IMG/VR virus record: IMGVR_UViG_3300025929_000012
Coordinates: 1-64,000 of that record
Strand: one strand, 5' to 3'
DNA: 64,000 bases
From: a virus
Made by a program: the position numbers and the translations under genes. Position 1 is the first letter of the stretch; each line of letters starts with the position of its first letter. Positions 36,727 to 47,361 of the stretch are shown piece after piece. Below the pieces are notes generated by a model, which saw only the letters and a program-made list of their open reading frames with translations, ran no database searches and was not told the origin of the DNA.

Positions 36727-37197
36727 CTAGCCGAAGGCGGCGAGGAGGGCGTTGACCCGGTTGATGGTCGCCTGCGTGTCAGCGACGTGCGCGTTGTAGG
36801 TGGCCTGGAAGCTGTTGAGCCAGTTGGTGCCGTTCACGGTGAAGGTGCCGCCACCCGGGATGGTGGTGGTGAACTGGTCGCCCATGATGCTGCCCTGGCC
36901 GCCGTCCCCCGTGGTGCCGATCGCGGTCAGCGGCCCGCCGACCGCCCCGCCGCTGGCGACGAGGGCGACCGCGGGCGCGCAGGCGGCCACGTGGGCGTTG
37001 AGGCGGGTTTCGACGCTGTACGCCTTCGCGGCCGTCCTCGCCTGGACGGCGAGGTTCCCGATGGCGGCGACCGCGAGGATGCCGAGCGGCCCGCGGAGCA
37101 GTGCCTTCCCGGGCAGCCCCGTGACCCCCCAGGTGACCGCTGCCGCCATCCCCGCGGTGGCGGCACGGCGGGCCGCCCGCCTCTGCCCAGGCGTCAT
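36727..37197 (-). CDS. Hypothetical tail-region protein
   Basis: Same strand as tail genes; RBS present. Confidence 0.55.
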   Translation of the reverse strand: MTPGQRRAARRAATAGMAAAVTWGVTGLPGKALLRGPLGILAVAAIGNLAVQARTAAKAYSVETRLNAHVAACAPAVALVASGGAVGGPLTAIGTTGDGGQGSIMGDQFTTTIPGGGTFTVNGTNWLNSFQATYNAHVADTQATINRVNALLAAFG

Positions 37198-37219
37198 CAG
37201 GCTCCCCCCTTCTCCCTGC

Positions 37220-37876
37220 TCAGGCGGCGCGGAGGCGGTAGCCGATCCCGCGGACGGTCTCGATGCGGACGCTGGTGCCGGACAGCTTGACGCGGGCCCG
37301 CATCACGTGGACGGCGATGGCGTTCGACGCGGGCTCGTACTCCCACACGTGCCGGGCGACCTCAGCGCGGCTGACGACGGCGGGCGACCGGCGGATCAGC
37401 ACCTCGAGGATCCCCGCCTCGGTGAGGGTCAGGGGCAGTTCCCGGCCGGCGGCGCGGGCTTCCCGGACGGCAGGATCCCAGGTGACGTCCCCGGCGGCAA
37501 GGACCGGCGGGGCGGCGTCGCGGGGGCGGCGGTGCACCGCCCGGAGGCGGGCGGCGAGCTCGCCGGGGTCGGGTGGTGAGGGGAGGAAGTCGTCGGCGCC
37601 GGCGTCGAGGCCCGCTGCCCGTTCGGCGGCGGGGACGTCGCCGAGGAGGAGCACGGGGAGGCGGGCGTCACGGATCCGGATCCGGCGGGTCACGGTGATG
37701 CCGGGCAGGACAGGGAGCCGCCAGGCGATGACGGCGGCGCTGTAGCCGCAGCACCGAATGCAGGCCAGCGCTGCCTCGCCGTCGGCGGCGAGGTCGGTGA
37801 CGTACCCGTGGCCGCGGAGCGCGCGGGCGAGCTGCGCCCCCGCAAGCCTGTCACCCTCCGCTATCAGCAGTCGCAC
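37220..37876 (-). CDS. OmpR/PhoB-family response regulator with degenerate receiver domain
   Basis: GLDAGADDFL..ELAARLRA..LT.TE..LE.L..VW..V..R.KL..IETVRGIGYRL; TACATT-7nt-GTG. Confidence 0.85.
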   Translation of the reverse strand: MRLLIAEGDRLAGAQLARALRGHGYVTDLAADGEAALACIRCCGYSAAVIAWRLPVLPGITVTRRIRIRDARLPVLLLGDVPAAERAAGLDAGADDFLPSPPDPGELAARLRAVHRRPRDAAPPVLAAGDVTWDPAVREARAAGRELPLTLTEAGILEVLIRRSPAVVSRAEVARHVWEYEPASNAIAVHVMRARVKLSGTSVRIETVRGIGYRLRAA

Positions 37877-38062
37877 GCACCGTAATGTATCGCGGCTTGG
37901 GCGTGGCGGCGGGGGCTTCACGGCGCGCTGGCTGCCGCGGCCTGGCTAGCGGCACGGGGAACCGCCCGCCGGCCGCGCGGCAGCCAGCACGATGACGCCG
38001 GCGGCGTTCGCGCCGCCGCCGGCTGGCCCCATGATAGGACGCGGCGTGACGGTTCCGCCGCG

Positions 38063-39214
38063 TTAAGCCACGGTGACCGGGGTGAGTACCATGGACCGCT
38101 CGCTCAGAAGCCCCGTGAGCGATTGATCCAGTGACTGGAACGCGCTGACCTGCGCGGTCTGCGTCTGGTCATCGTAGGAGTAACCGCCCACGATGAACGA
38201 CACCGGTCCCGGGACTACCTCCCCGCCGTAGGACCCATCCGTGAGGATCAGCCGGCAGACCGTGCCCGCTTGCTCGCATCCCAGGTCGACGGGTTGCCCG
38301 CCAAGGTTGAGGAGCTGCCCGGGGCCGACCGTGAAGGGCCCGGCGAATGAGGCGCGCGTGTAAGCGGCCAATACGCTTGAGCCAACTCCCTGCGCCGCTG
38401 CGAGGGTCATCGTCCCGGCGCTGCTCAGGTCCACGTAGGTTTCCATCGTCCCGTGGGCGGCGACGGAGGCGGCGTTGGACACGTAGGTGAGCGAGAACGT
38501 CGCCGCGGCCCCGGTGGCGGCGTTGTCGGCCGCTGACTGGTACCGGATGTAGATGGCGTTGATGTCGCCGCCGAGCGTCCGCGGGACCGGCGTGTTGCAC
38601 ACCAGCAGCCGGTTGACGGTGGTGGGCAGCGGGAAGACGGACAGGTCGTTGCCGGGCACGCCGCCGGGCTGGCTGGAGACGTACCAGGTGAGGCCGCCCC
38701 TGGAGCACACGAGGTTGAGGAGGTCGGTGACGGTCCCGGCTGCCGGGTCGGGGGCCTGCCCGAGCCACATCCCGGCGGGGGTGCCGATGCCCGGGTTGAC
38801 CCATTGCAGGCCGCGGGACAGGGTCCGGTTCACTGCCTCGTCGGGGTTCCCCGTCGGCCAGGTGAGGGCGTAGTACGCCTGGAAGTCACTGCCCTGGTTG
38901 CCAACGCCGACTGCCGCGAGGTTCCAGCCGGAGGCGGTGGGGACCGGCTCGTCCAGCTTCCCCGCCCACACCTGGTGCCCGCCCCGGATCACGGACACGG
39001 TGCGGCCCGGGTTGATCGCCGGCACCCGCTCGGTGGCGGGGACCTGCAGCGTGCAGGTGAGCTGATCAGGGCCGCCCGGCATTACGGTCGACCAGTTCAA
39101 TCCCGTCACATGCCCGATGGAGCCGAGCCAGCGGGGATCGCCGCCGCCGGGGAGGCTGGTGACCACCTGGGAGCTATCGGGGACTGTGTAAGCCATCGGC
39201 TCCGCCACCGTCAC
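38063..39214 (-). CDS. Minor tail protein
   Basis: Follows large tail protein; VW.G.L.EP motif. Confidence 0.7.
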   Translation of the reverse strand: MTVAEPMAYTVPDSSQVVTSLPGGGDPRWLGSIGHVTGLNWSTVMPGGPDQLTCTLQVPATERVPAINPGRTVSVIRGGHQVWAGKLDEPVPTASGWNLAAVGVGNQGSDFQAYYALTWPTGNPDEAVNRTLSRGLQWVNPGIGTPAGMWLGQAPDPAAGTVTDLLNLVCSRGGLTWYVSSQPGGVPGNDLSVFPLPTTVNRLLVCNTPVPRTLGGDINAIYIRYQSAADNAATGAAATFSLTYVSNAASVAAHGTMETYVDLSSAGTMTLAAAQGVGSSVLAAYTRASFAGPFTVGPGQLLNLGGQPVDLGCEQAGTVCRLILTDGSYGGEVVPGPVSFIVGGYSYDDQTQTAQVSAFQSLDQSLTGLLSERSMVLTPVTVA

Positions 39215-42200
39215 CCAGTGCGGTCATACCACCACCTGCTGTAGTAGCTGAGGCCGATCGCGGGGGCCGAGGCGTCCGCCGAGTAGGTCAAGAGCATGCA
39301 GTCATTGGGAGGGATCGTCAGCGGTCCCCCGGAGATCGCCTGGCAGGCGTCCATCACCGATATGGCCTGCGGCCGGCCTGACTGGCTGCCCATGTGGAGG
39401 CCGAGGTCAAAGAGCGGGGTCGGCTCGTCCAGGTAGTACTGCACGTAGCCGGACCCGCTGGCCTCGTTGATGATCACGCTTTGGCCGGCCACGTCCAGCA
39501 TGAGCACGTCGTAGAACCGGTCTGACGTGTTCGTGTCGGTCACTGACACCGTGTAGTACCCGGCGGTGTTGTCCCCCGCTACCGCCTTCACGGGGAGGGT
39601 GAGGACCCCGGCGATGAGTATCCCGTTGTTGACCTGGTTCCCCGGCCCGATGATGCTGGCGACCCCGGGGGACACAGTGACCGGCACCGTCGACACCGAG
39701 TAGGAGGATCCGCCGGGTGCCTCGTACTGCTTCACGGTGACCGTGACATTCCTCGATGCCGTCGGGTTGTTCCACGATGACGCGATGAGGACGACGGTGT
39801 AGGTGCCGTCGAAGTCGGCGTTGACTGCCCCGGCTGAGGCGGGGACTGAGACGGCGCAGACGGCCCCGGTGGTGGCCGTGCCGATGTTAGAGACGGACAG
39901 CGCCGCGCCCGGCGAGGTGATGATCACGGGCGCCTGCGGGTAGGCGCCCGCCGCCCCCAGGTTGACTGACGTGGCGACGACGGTGGTGCCGATCTTCAGC
40001 TGGAAGTTGTTGACGTCGGCGGCCGAGAGGGTGCCGGACAGGGTGACGGTCCAGTTGACGGTGTAAGTACCGGGGGGCACCCAGGGGCCGGCGACGATGA
40101 CGTGCCCCGCCGCGGGTGAGGTGGATGACCCGGATGCGGCCTGCCACCCGGAGGCCATCGGCACCGCGTACTCGGTAGCCCCGTTGGGGACGTCAGACCC
40201 GCCGCCGACGGGGACGAGCGGCATCAGCGACGGGGTCGCGGCCGGGCCGGGCCGGTGCACGATGAGCGTCTTGAACGGCGGTGACGCGTACGGGGTGACG
40301 GTGAGCTGACCCGCTGCCCCGGCACCGCCGGCGACGGAGGTGCCGCTTGAGTCGGCGCCTCCGCCCGCGCCACCGGGCGCTGATCCGGCCGAGCCTGCCG
40401 TGCCCGCGGTGCCGCCGCCCGCTCCGCCTGCCCCGCCGCCTACTACGGCGACGGCCCCGTTGGACGTAGGCGCGCCGCCGGGGTAGGACAGGATGATGGT
40501 TCCCGCAGCGCCGTTGCCGCCTGCGTAGCCGCCGACGTAGGAGCCGCCTCCGCCGCCTCCGGGGACCTGCCCGTTGCTGCCCGTCCCCGACTGTGGCCCG
40601 GAGCCGTTGCCGCCGTTCCCGCCGCCGCCCGGCGCGATGCCGCCGACGCTGTAGCCACTGCCCGCGTTGCCGCCCGCCGCGGTGCCAGCGCTTGAGCCGC
40701 CGCCGCCCGCGTAGGGGGTGGCGTTGCCACCTGCGCCGCCGCGATGCGGGCCGACCGGGGCACCGGTCCCGCCCGCGCCTCCCGCCCCTGACCCGGTGTA
40801 GCAGGGGCCGCCGCCGCCGCCGTGCGCGGTCACCACCGCGGACGCGGTGAACGTGCTGTTGCCGCCCGCGGAGCCTGCGTGGCCGCCGCCGCCGGACCCC
40901 AGTCCCCCGGCCCCGCCTGCCGCGACCGAGTAGGCGTAGCCGGTGCCGGGGACGACGGTGACGGTCGTGGTGACGGACTCGCCGCCTCCGCCGCCGGACC
41001 CGTTGACGCTCGATGACCCTGACCCGCCGCCGCCGCCGCCGCCGACCGCGTACACGGTGACCTGGGTGACCCCCGCCGGGGCGGTCCACGTCCCGGCCCC
41101 GGTGAGGGTGACCGCTGAGGTGCCCATCGGGGTGTTCCCCGCGGACGCAGGCCCGGCTGAGCTGCCCCCGCCGCCTCCCACGGACCCGGACGCGGTGCGC
41201 CCCGCCCCGCCCGGGTAGGTGACGGCGTTCCCCGAGACGAGGCCGCCCGCGGCGCCTGCGGTGGAGTTCTGCGCGGCTGACGCGCCGCCGTTCGCGGTGA
41301 CGGCGAGGGTCCCGGACGGGCCGGGGCCGAACACGGTCGCCTGCCCGGGCAACGGGGTCGCGCCCGCGGTTCCCCCGGCGCCGACGCTGTACGGGATCAC
41401 CTGCCCTGGCACGGCGGGGAAGACGTTCTCCCGCGCGTACCCGGCCCCGCCGCCGCCTCCGCCGAACCCGGCCACGGTCTGGGATGCCCCGGCTCCGCCG
41501 CCGCCCCAGCACTCGACTTTCAGCCACGCCGTGCCGCCGGGCACCGTGTACGTCCCTGCCCCGGCGGCGGTGACCGTCGTCGGGGTGCCGGGCGCGGGAG
41601 GCTGCTGGAACTGCGCCGAGACAGGCGCCGGGGCTGAGCCTTGCGTGCCGTACAGGGTGTGGATGGCACCCCGGACCACTGGGACGGCGGAGGCGCTTGG
41701 AGGGTAGGCGGTGAGGTTGTCGAGGTAGCCGGTGACCCACCTCAGGCTCGCCGGGGAGAAGTCCTTGGAGGTGACGGTGATCTGGTAGGAGGCGACGTTG
41801 GCGTAGTTGAAGAACGCGCGGGCGGGGATGGTGGCGGTGACCCGGGTGAACATCGGCACGCCGGCGTCCTGGCTGGCGGGCAGCCGGACCCCTGTGCGGG
41901 CGAACGCCGCCGTGACCCCGTTCACGTCAGTCAGGGTGATGTAGAAGGAGCAGGTGACGTGCCCGGCCTTGGCCCGCAGGTTCCAGAACCACCGCGAGCC
42001 GAGGCCGAACCACCATTGCAGCGACGTCATCCCGGTCAGGTTCAGCGGCGCCGGGAACGTCGCCCCGTAATTCATCGGGCTGTTCTGGCCCCCCGGGTCC
42101 CCGAAGCCGTCCGGGTCCCAGCACGCCGACCACGGGCCGATGACGCATCGCGGCGACTGGAAGAACAAGTTGCTGCTGATGGTGGTGAAGTTGTCGAGGA

Positions 42201-42732
42201 CCACGGGGGGCAGCGGGGGAGGCGGGGACGCGGGGACCGGGGCGGCGAACGCGATCTGCACCTGCGTGTCTGACCGGCCGTACGGCAGTGCCTCAAATGA
42301 GATGGTGAGTGCCGCGATCTGGGCTTGCTTCTCCCACTGCGTGTTGTACACCGGGACCGTCGGGCGGGCGCGGAAGCAGTCCAGGACCAGCGGCAGCGCG
42401 GTACCGCCCGGCCCCGGGTCCCTCGTCCAGGTGAGTGACCACGCCTGCGCGTCGATGACCTCGGCGAGCACCTCACGCGCGCCCGCGAGGATCGCCCGCG
42501 TCGGCGCACGGATGATCAAAGGAAGCGTCAGGACCCTGTTGCTGGCCCGACGGCCGAAGGGCCGTTCCCCATCCAAGATCAACGACGCTACGTAGTCGGC
42601 AGTTGGCTGAGGGCTACCTAGGTCGAATCCGGGGGCGAGCATGAACTGCGCGCCGGGGCAGCGGGGGTCAGCCGAGACGGCCTGGTCTCCGAGTAGCTCG
42701 ACACGTCCGCCCAGGAGCAGGGAATCCGCCAT
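39211..42732 (-). CDS. Large glycine-rich minor tail protein
   Basis: First - strand gene after tape measure; YTVP.G..VECWGGGG glycine-rich domains. Confidence 0.8.
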   Translation of the reverse strand: MADSLLLGGRVELLGDQAVSADPRCPGAQFMLAPGFDLGSPQPTADYVASLILDGERPFGRRASNRVLTLPLIIRAPTRAILAGAREVLAEVIDAQAWSLTWTRDPGPGGTALPLVLDCFRARPTVPVYNTQWEKQAQIAALTISFEALPYGRSDTQVQIAFAAPVPASPPPPLPPVVLDNFTTISSNLFFQSPRCVIGPWSACWDPDGFGDPGGQNSPMNYGATFPAPLNLTGMTSLQWWFGLGSRWFWNLRAKAGHVTCSFYITLTDVNGVTAAFARTGVRLPASQDAGVPMFTRVTATIPARAFFNYANVASYQITVTSKDFSPASLRWVTGYLDNLTAYPPSASAVPVVRGAIHTLYGTQGSAPAPVSAQFQQPPAPGTPTTVTAAGAGTYTVPGGTAWLKVECWGGGGAGASQTVAGFGGGGGGAGYARENVFPAVPGQVIPYSVGAGGTAGATPLPGQATVFGPGPSGTLAVTANGGASAAQNSTAGAAGGLVSGNAVTYPGGAGRTASGSVGGGGGSSAGPASAGNTPMGTSAVTLTGAGTWTAPAGVTQVTVYAVGGGGGGGSGSSSVNGSGGGGGESVTTTVTVVPGTGYAYSVAAGGAGGLGSGGGGHAGSAGGNSTFTASAVVTAHGGGGGPCYTGSGAGGAGGTGAPVGPHRGGAGGNATPYAGGGGSSAGTAAGGNAGSGYSVGGIAPGGGGNGGNGSGPQSGTGSNGQVPGGGGGGSYVGGYAGGNGAAGTIILSYPGGAPTSNGAVAVVGGGAGGAGGGTAGTAGSAGSAPGGAGGGADSSGTSVAGGAGAAGQLTVTPYASPPFKTLIVHRPGPAATPSLMPLVPVGGGSDVPNGATEYAVPMASGWQAASGSSTSPAAGHVIVAGPWVPPGTYTVNWTVTLSGTLSAADVNNFQLKIGTTVVATSVNLGAAGAYPQAPVIITSPGAALSVSNIGTATTGAVCAVSVPASAGAVNADFDGTYTVVLIASSWNNPTASRNVTVTVKQYEAPGGSSYSVSTVPVTVSPGVASIIGPGNQVNNGILIAGVLTLPVKAVAGDNTAGYYTVSVTDTNTSDRFYDVLMLDVAGQSVIINEASGSGYVQYYLDEPTPLFDLGLHMGSQSGRPQAISVMDACQAISGGPLTIPPNDCMLLTYSADASAPAIGLSYYSRWWYDRTG

Positions 42733-42770
42733 CACCCTCCGTCGCGGGCGAGTGGTGGCAGGATGAGCGC

Positions 42771-43196
42771 GTGAACCTGACCGAGTTCCTGACGGCGCGG
42801 CTAGACGAGGACGAGGCCATGGCGAAGGCCGCGCCAGGCAACGCTTGGCAGGCATTCGGCGAGGCTGACGTTGCCGGCGCGGCGGTCTATGACGAGCAGT
42901 GGGTCCTGCTGAACCCGGTGCGCTACGACCATGACAACGCGCTGAGCAGCAAGCCGGGCGCGACCGGCCCGCAGTACATCCAGCGGAGCCGGGACGAGTT
43001 GTGCGCCCACATCGCCCGCCATGACCCGGCCCGCGTCCTGCGCGATGTAGCCGCCAAGCGGGCGATCCTGGCCGAATGTGCCCGCTCAATCGAGTGCGGA
43101 GACGATGGACGCGTCCTGGCCGAGGCTGTCATCGTGAACATGGCCGGCGCATGGGGTGACCACCCGGACTATGCCGAGGCAATGCAGTTCGCCTAG
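42771..43196 (+). CDS. DUF6221-like protein (antisense cassette)
   Basis: FL.ARLDEDE..HIARHDPARVLRDVAAKRAIL..DHPDY; CAGGAT-6nt-GTG. Confidence 0.8.
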   Translation: MNLTEFLTARLDEDEAMAKAAPGNAWQAFGEADVAGAAVYDEQWVLLNPVRYDHDNALSSKPGATGPQYIQRSRDELCAHIARHDPARVLRDVAAKRAILAECARSIECGDDGRVLAEAVIVNMAGAWGDHPDYAEAMQFA

Positions 43197-46100
43197 CTGT
43201 GCGGGTACCTTGCCCTGAGGCTGGCTGCCCTCGCGGTGCCGTTGATGACGTCACCGACCCCGGCCGCCGTCGCGTGGGGCAGGGAGGCGAGGATGCCGGC
43301 GATGCGGTCCAGCTTCGCGCACACGTCATTCCCCGCCACCGCTGACGTCAGCTTGTCCCACTGGCCGCCGGTCAGCACCGGCTCCGGCCGCCCGGTCCTG
43401 TTCATCACCATCGTCGCGCCGGGCTTCAGCCAGCCGCCCTCGTCATAACCATGACCGTGGCCGATTACCGATGCCATTCCCGCGCCGCCGTAACGCGCGG
43501 CGGCATAATGGATTCCGGCATAGATCTGGGCCATTGCGTTCTCGGATACGGGGCCACCGCCAAAATTCACCAATGGTGGCGTGTTCCGGTAAGGCCCAGC
43601 GTATGCGGCAAAAGTCGCAGGTATCAATTGCAATAGACCCACAGATGGATGACCAGCCTGGGCGTTAGAATCTGTGAGGTTCACTGCCGTCAGCGACCCG
43701 CCGCTTTCTGTCTGAATCTGTGATAGCCAATTGCCAACCAGGGTCAGCGGCAGGCCCATTGACCGCAATACCGTGGTAATGTCGGCGGCGTAATTCGATG
43801 ACCCGGGGCCGAGTGAGCCCGCGCCTGCCGTGACGAACCCGCCCTTGGGGACCCGGTAGCCGACAGCGTTGGAGATCGGCTGGACGATCGTGCCGACCGC
43901 GTGCCCGGACGCCGACACGTACGCGGACGGGTTCAGGGTGATGCCGACATGGCCCGGATTGGCGAAAATGCCGTCATTAAAAAATACCAATGCCCCGGTC
44001 TGATTGCCTGACGACTGGGTTAGCGGGTCAACAAACTGGGATTCCGACGTGCCATGCCTATTTCCCTGCTTCTCAGGGAAATAGCCGAAATGCTCATAAA
44101 CAAATGCAGAGAAGCCTGAGCAATCCCAGCCATTCGGCGATGCGCCGCCTAGGACATATGGATGGCCCAATCCGGTGGCGAATGTCTTCGCGTAGTTCGC
44201 GACGGACGCGCCGGATCCGCCGCCTACCCCGGCTCCGGGGTCCTTGGACTTGATGTAGCCGATGAGGTCGGTGACGAGGGCCCGGGGGACTGCCTCGATC
44301 ATGCCCTCGGCGCCACTGGCGGGCTTGGGCATGAGGCCCAGGAGCGCGTCGGCGGCGGGCGTGAACGTGGCCGCGAGCGCGCCGAGGGTGAGGTTCTTCG
44401 CCCAGTTGAGGGCGCCGGCGATCGTGCCGGTGACGTGGCCCCAGAGGCCGCCGAGGCCGCCCGGGTTGCCGCCCGCTGTCGCGGCGGGGGTGCCTGCCGC
44501 GTAGCCGGGGAACACCCCGGGCCCGGCGAGCCGCTGCGACAGCGGCGACGGCAGGACGACCTCGCCGCCCTTCATGTAGACAAGCTCAGGCCCTTCCTCC
44601 CCGGTCCACGCCCACCCGGGCGGCGCCCCGCCGGTGCCCCTGGCGAACCTTGGGACCTTCGGGATCTGCGGCAGGTGGACGAAGGAAAGGACGGCGTCGG
44701 CGTCGCCGATGAGGGGGTTGATGACGTTGTTGACCACGAACCGGGCGGGGCCGATGAAGGCGTTCTCGATCCCGGACCAGGCGCCCTTGACCCGCGCGAC
44801 GGCGGTGGCGAAGTAGCCGGGGATCGTCTGGGTGAGCCACCGGGCGATGGGGGTGCCGAAGTTGGCCATCAGCCAGTTCCAGGTGCCCCGGAACGCGGAC
44901 TCGAGGGGCGACACGAAGTTCGCCCTGAGGAACCTGATGGCGGCGTTGAAGTAGCCGGGCAGGGTAGAGGTGAAGAACCGGCTGAGGGGCACCGCGAAGT
45001 TCGCCACGAGCCAGTTCCAGGCGCCCCGGAGGCCGGCCTCGAACGGGCCGATGAGCCCGGACCGCAAATGGGCGATGGCGTCCTTGCCCATCCGGGTCAC
45101 GGTGCCGACCGTGTTGTTGTAGATGATTGCCCAGATGTGCGCGGTCTCCCGGCGCATCCCGTCGAAGATGACGGCGGCCTGGTGGCGGAGCGCGGCGAGG
45201 TCAGTGGCGGCGGCGTGGCGGATCCGGTCGAACCCGGACGCGGTGACGTGGAGGAGGTCATCGGTCCAGCGGGCGAAGTCGTGGCGGATCTCAGCGAAGT
45301 GGGCGGCGAAGTCATGCTCGACCCGCTGCCAGAACGCGCGGACGTGCGTTTCCACCGGCTTGACGAGGAGGTCTGACCAGCCGGACGCGGCGAGGGTCAG
45401 GATGCCGCCGACGCCGGACAGCGCCTTGGGGATGTCGCCGGCGATGGCATTCCAGCCGGCCTTCATGTCTTCGCGGATCTTCAGGATGAGCCCGGCGGCG
45501 ATCGCGGCGCCGCCGATGGCGATGCCTGACTTGCCGAGGATGCCGATCCCGCTGCTGACGACCCCGCCGCCGGCTGCCCCTGCGCCGGCGCCTGCGGCCT
45601 TCCCCCCGGCGCCCCCGGCTTTCCCCGCGCCGGCGTCAGCGCCGATCATCGTGTCGGCGGCCCGCTGCATCGCCGCCGCGGCGGTGACCATCGTGTCGGC
45701 CGCTACCTGCATCGCGGTCGCCGCCGTCTGCTGCGCGGTCGCGGCGACGGTGACGGTGGCACCGGACAGCAGCCTGCTGATCCACCCGGCTGCCGCGCCG
45801 ATGACCTTCACGCCGACGCTGACCACGCCGAGCTTGTTGAGGATCAGCAGCCACCCGGCTACCTCGGCGATGGGCTTCGCGAACGACGGCGGCAGCTTCG
45901 CGATGAGGTTGAAGAACCCGGTGAGCACCTGGATCTCGCCGGTCCCGCCGGCGGTGAGGCCGGGGGCGAGGGCCTTCAGCGCCCCGCCGATGGACTGCAG
46001 CAGCCCCCAGACCTTGGGTCCGTTCTGGCTGAACCACTGCATGAACCGCTGGATGTCGTCGGATGCCTTCTTCGACTGCGACCACTTCAGGACGGCGGGG

Positions 46101-47320
46101 CCGAGGTCGGCGATGTGGCCGACGGCCTCGCGGATCAGCGGGTCGAACTGGGGCAAGAGGGTGATGAACGACTTGACGAGGTCGATGATCGTGGAGCCTG
46201 CGGCGGAGACCGTCGCGGTGCCGGTGGAGGAGATAAAGTCCCGGAACCGCGTGAACGCCTGTGAGTTGACGAGGTCGCCGAACTGCTGGCCTAGCCCCTT
46301 GATGACCGGTGATACGGCCTGGATGATGGGCGGGAGGGCCTTGGTGAGGCTGGTGACGGACGTCAGCCATGGGACGAGCGCCCCGGCGATGACGGGGGCC
46401 TGGGCTGCCTTGAGGTCTTTCCAGCCTTGCGACATGGTGCCGAGCTGCCTGGACAGGTCGATTTGCGCCTGGGACATGCCCGCGTAGGCGGCCTTCACGG
46501 CCAGCGCCTGGTTGGATGCCGCGGTGGCGTCCGCCTTGCGGAGCGCGGACAGGGCGGCGACCTGCTGGGCGTGGGTTTTCGCGGCCCCGGACGCGACCTG
46601 GTACTGGGCAGCGGCCTTCCCGATCGCCGTGTTGTACGTCGTCTGCGCGGCGGCGGCGGCCTTCTGGGCTGCCTCCGCCCCGGCGAGGACCGGCTTGGCG
46701 ACGGCCCCGAACGCGGCGAGTGCCCCGGCGCCGGCGGTGAACGCCCCCGCGAGGCCCACCGCTGCGCCGGTCGCGACCCCGGCGGCGGTGCCGAGCGCCC
46801 CGACAGACAGCAGTGCGGGGCCGAGCCAGAACGGGCCGCCGGCGTTCCTCAGCTTGTCAGCGAGCCCCTGGACTTTCGCGGTCACCTTGTCCAGGTCGCT
46901 GTTCGCCTGCGCGGTGTCGGCCCTGACCCTGACCGTGGGGGACTTGCGGCCGAGCGCGTCCGCCTTGGCGGCGGCCTTGCCCAGCCCGGCGTCGGCCTCG
47001 GTGGTGTCGGCCTTGACCTTGACGACGGGGGCTTTCTTGCCGAGCTGGTCAGCTTTCGCGGCGGTCTTGTCGAAGTCGGCGAGCGCGTGGGTGCTGTCGC
47101 CCCGCACGCGGACGACGGCGGTCTTGCGGCCGAGGCTGTCGGCGTTCTTGCGGACGTCGGCGAAGGTTTTCCGGGCGTCTTCGGCGTCGGCCTTGACCTT
47201 GACGGTGACGGGCTTGCCGGAGAACTTGGCGGCGTCGGCTTTCGCTGCGTCGAGGTCCCGCGTGAACTCGTCGCGCTTCAGGACAAGCCTGGCCTCCACG
47301 CTGCCGGCGTCGAAGCTCAT
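43193..47320 (-). CDS. Tape measure protein with NlpC/P60 and lytic transglycosylase domains
   Basis: 1375 aa, Ala-rich; PYVLGG..DCSG..GHVG; ESGG..GLLQ..TF. Confidence 0.9.
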   Translation of the reverse strand: MSFDAGSVEARLVLKRDEFTRDLDAAKADAAKFSGKPVTVKVKADAEDARKTFADVRKNADSLGRKTAVVRVRGDSTHALADFDKTAAKADQLGKKAPVVKVKADTTEADAGLGKAAAKADALGRKSPTVRVRADTAQANSDLDKVTAKVQGLADKLRNAGGPFWLGPALLSVGALGTAAGVATGAAVGLAGAFTAGAGALAAFGAVAKPVLAGAEAAQKAAAAAQTTYNTAIGKAAAQYQVASGAAKTHAQQVAALSALRKADATAASNQALAVKAAYAGMSQAQIDLSRQLGTMSQGWKDLKAAQAPVIAGALVPWLTSVTSLTKALPPIIQAVSPVIKGLGQQFGDLVNSQAFTRFRDFISSTGTATVSAAGSTIIDLVKSFITLLPQFDPLIREAVGHIADLGPAVLKWSQSKKASDDIQRFMQWFSQNGPKVWGLLQSIGGALKALAPGLTAGGTGEIQVLTGFFNLIAKLPPSFAKPIAEVAGWLLILNKLGVVSVGVKVIGAAAGWISRLLSGATVTVAATAQQTAATAMQVAADTMVTAAAAMQRAADTMIGADAGAGKAGGAGGKAAGAGAGAAGGGVVSSGIGILGKSGIAIGGAAIAAGLILKIREDMKAGWNAIAGDIPKALSGVGGILTLAASGWSDLLVKPVETHVRAFWQRVEHDFAAHFAEIRHDFARWTDDLLHVTASGFDRIRHAAATDLAALRHQAAVIFDGMRRETAHIWAIIYNNTVGTVTRMGKDAIAHLRSGLIGPFEAGLRGAWNWLVANFAVPLSRFFTSTLPGYFNAAIRFLRANFVSPLESAFRGTWNWLMANFGTPIARWLTQTIPGYFATAVARVKGAWSGIENAFIGPARFVVNNVINPLIGDADAVLSFVHLPQIPKVPRFARGTGGAPPGWAWTGEEGPELVYMKGGEVVLPSPLSQRLAGPGVFPGYAAGTPAATAGGNPGGLGGLWGHVTGTIAGALNWAKNLTLGALAATFTPAADALLGLMPKPASGAEGMIEAVPRALVTDLIGYIKSKDPGAGVGGGSGASVANYAKTFATGLGHPYVLGGASPNGWDCSGFSAFVYEHFGYFPEKQGNRHGTSESQFVDPLTQSSGNQTGALVFFNDGIFANPGHVGITLNPSAYVSASGHAVGTIVQPISNAVGYRVPKGGFVTAGAGSLGPGSSNYAADITTVLRSMGLPLTLVGNWLSQIQTESGGSLTAVNLTDSNAQAGHPSVGLLQLIPATFAAYAGPYRNTPPLVNFGGGPVSENAMAQIYAGIHYAAARYGGAGMASVIGHGHGYDEGGWLKPGATMVMNRTGRPEPVLTGGQWDKLTSAVAGNDVCAKLDRIAGILASLPHATAAGVGDVINGTARAASLRARYPHS

Positions 47321-47361
47321 CCGCCATCACCGCCGCCACTCAAGGTGAGATGATGTGCGCC

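Noticed and set aside
32089-42732. Diversity-generating retroelement acting on tail genes
   Set aside because: No reverse transcriptase and no TR/VR pair differing at adenines; the repeats are protein-level tandem repeats
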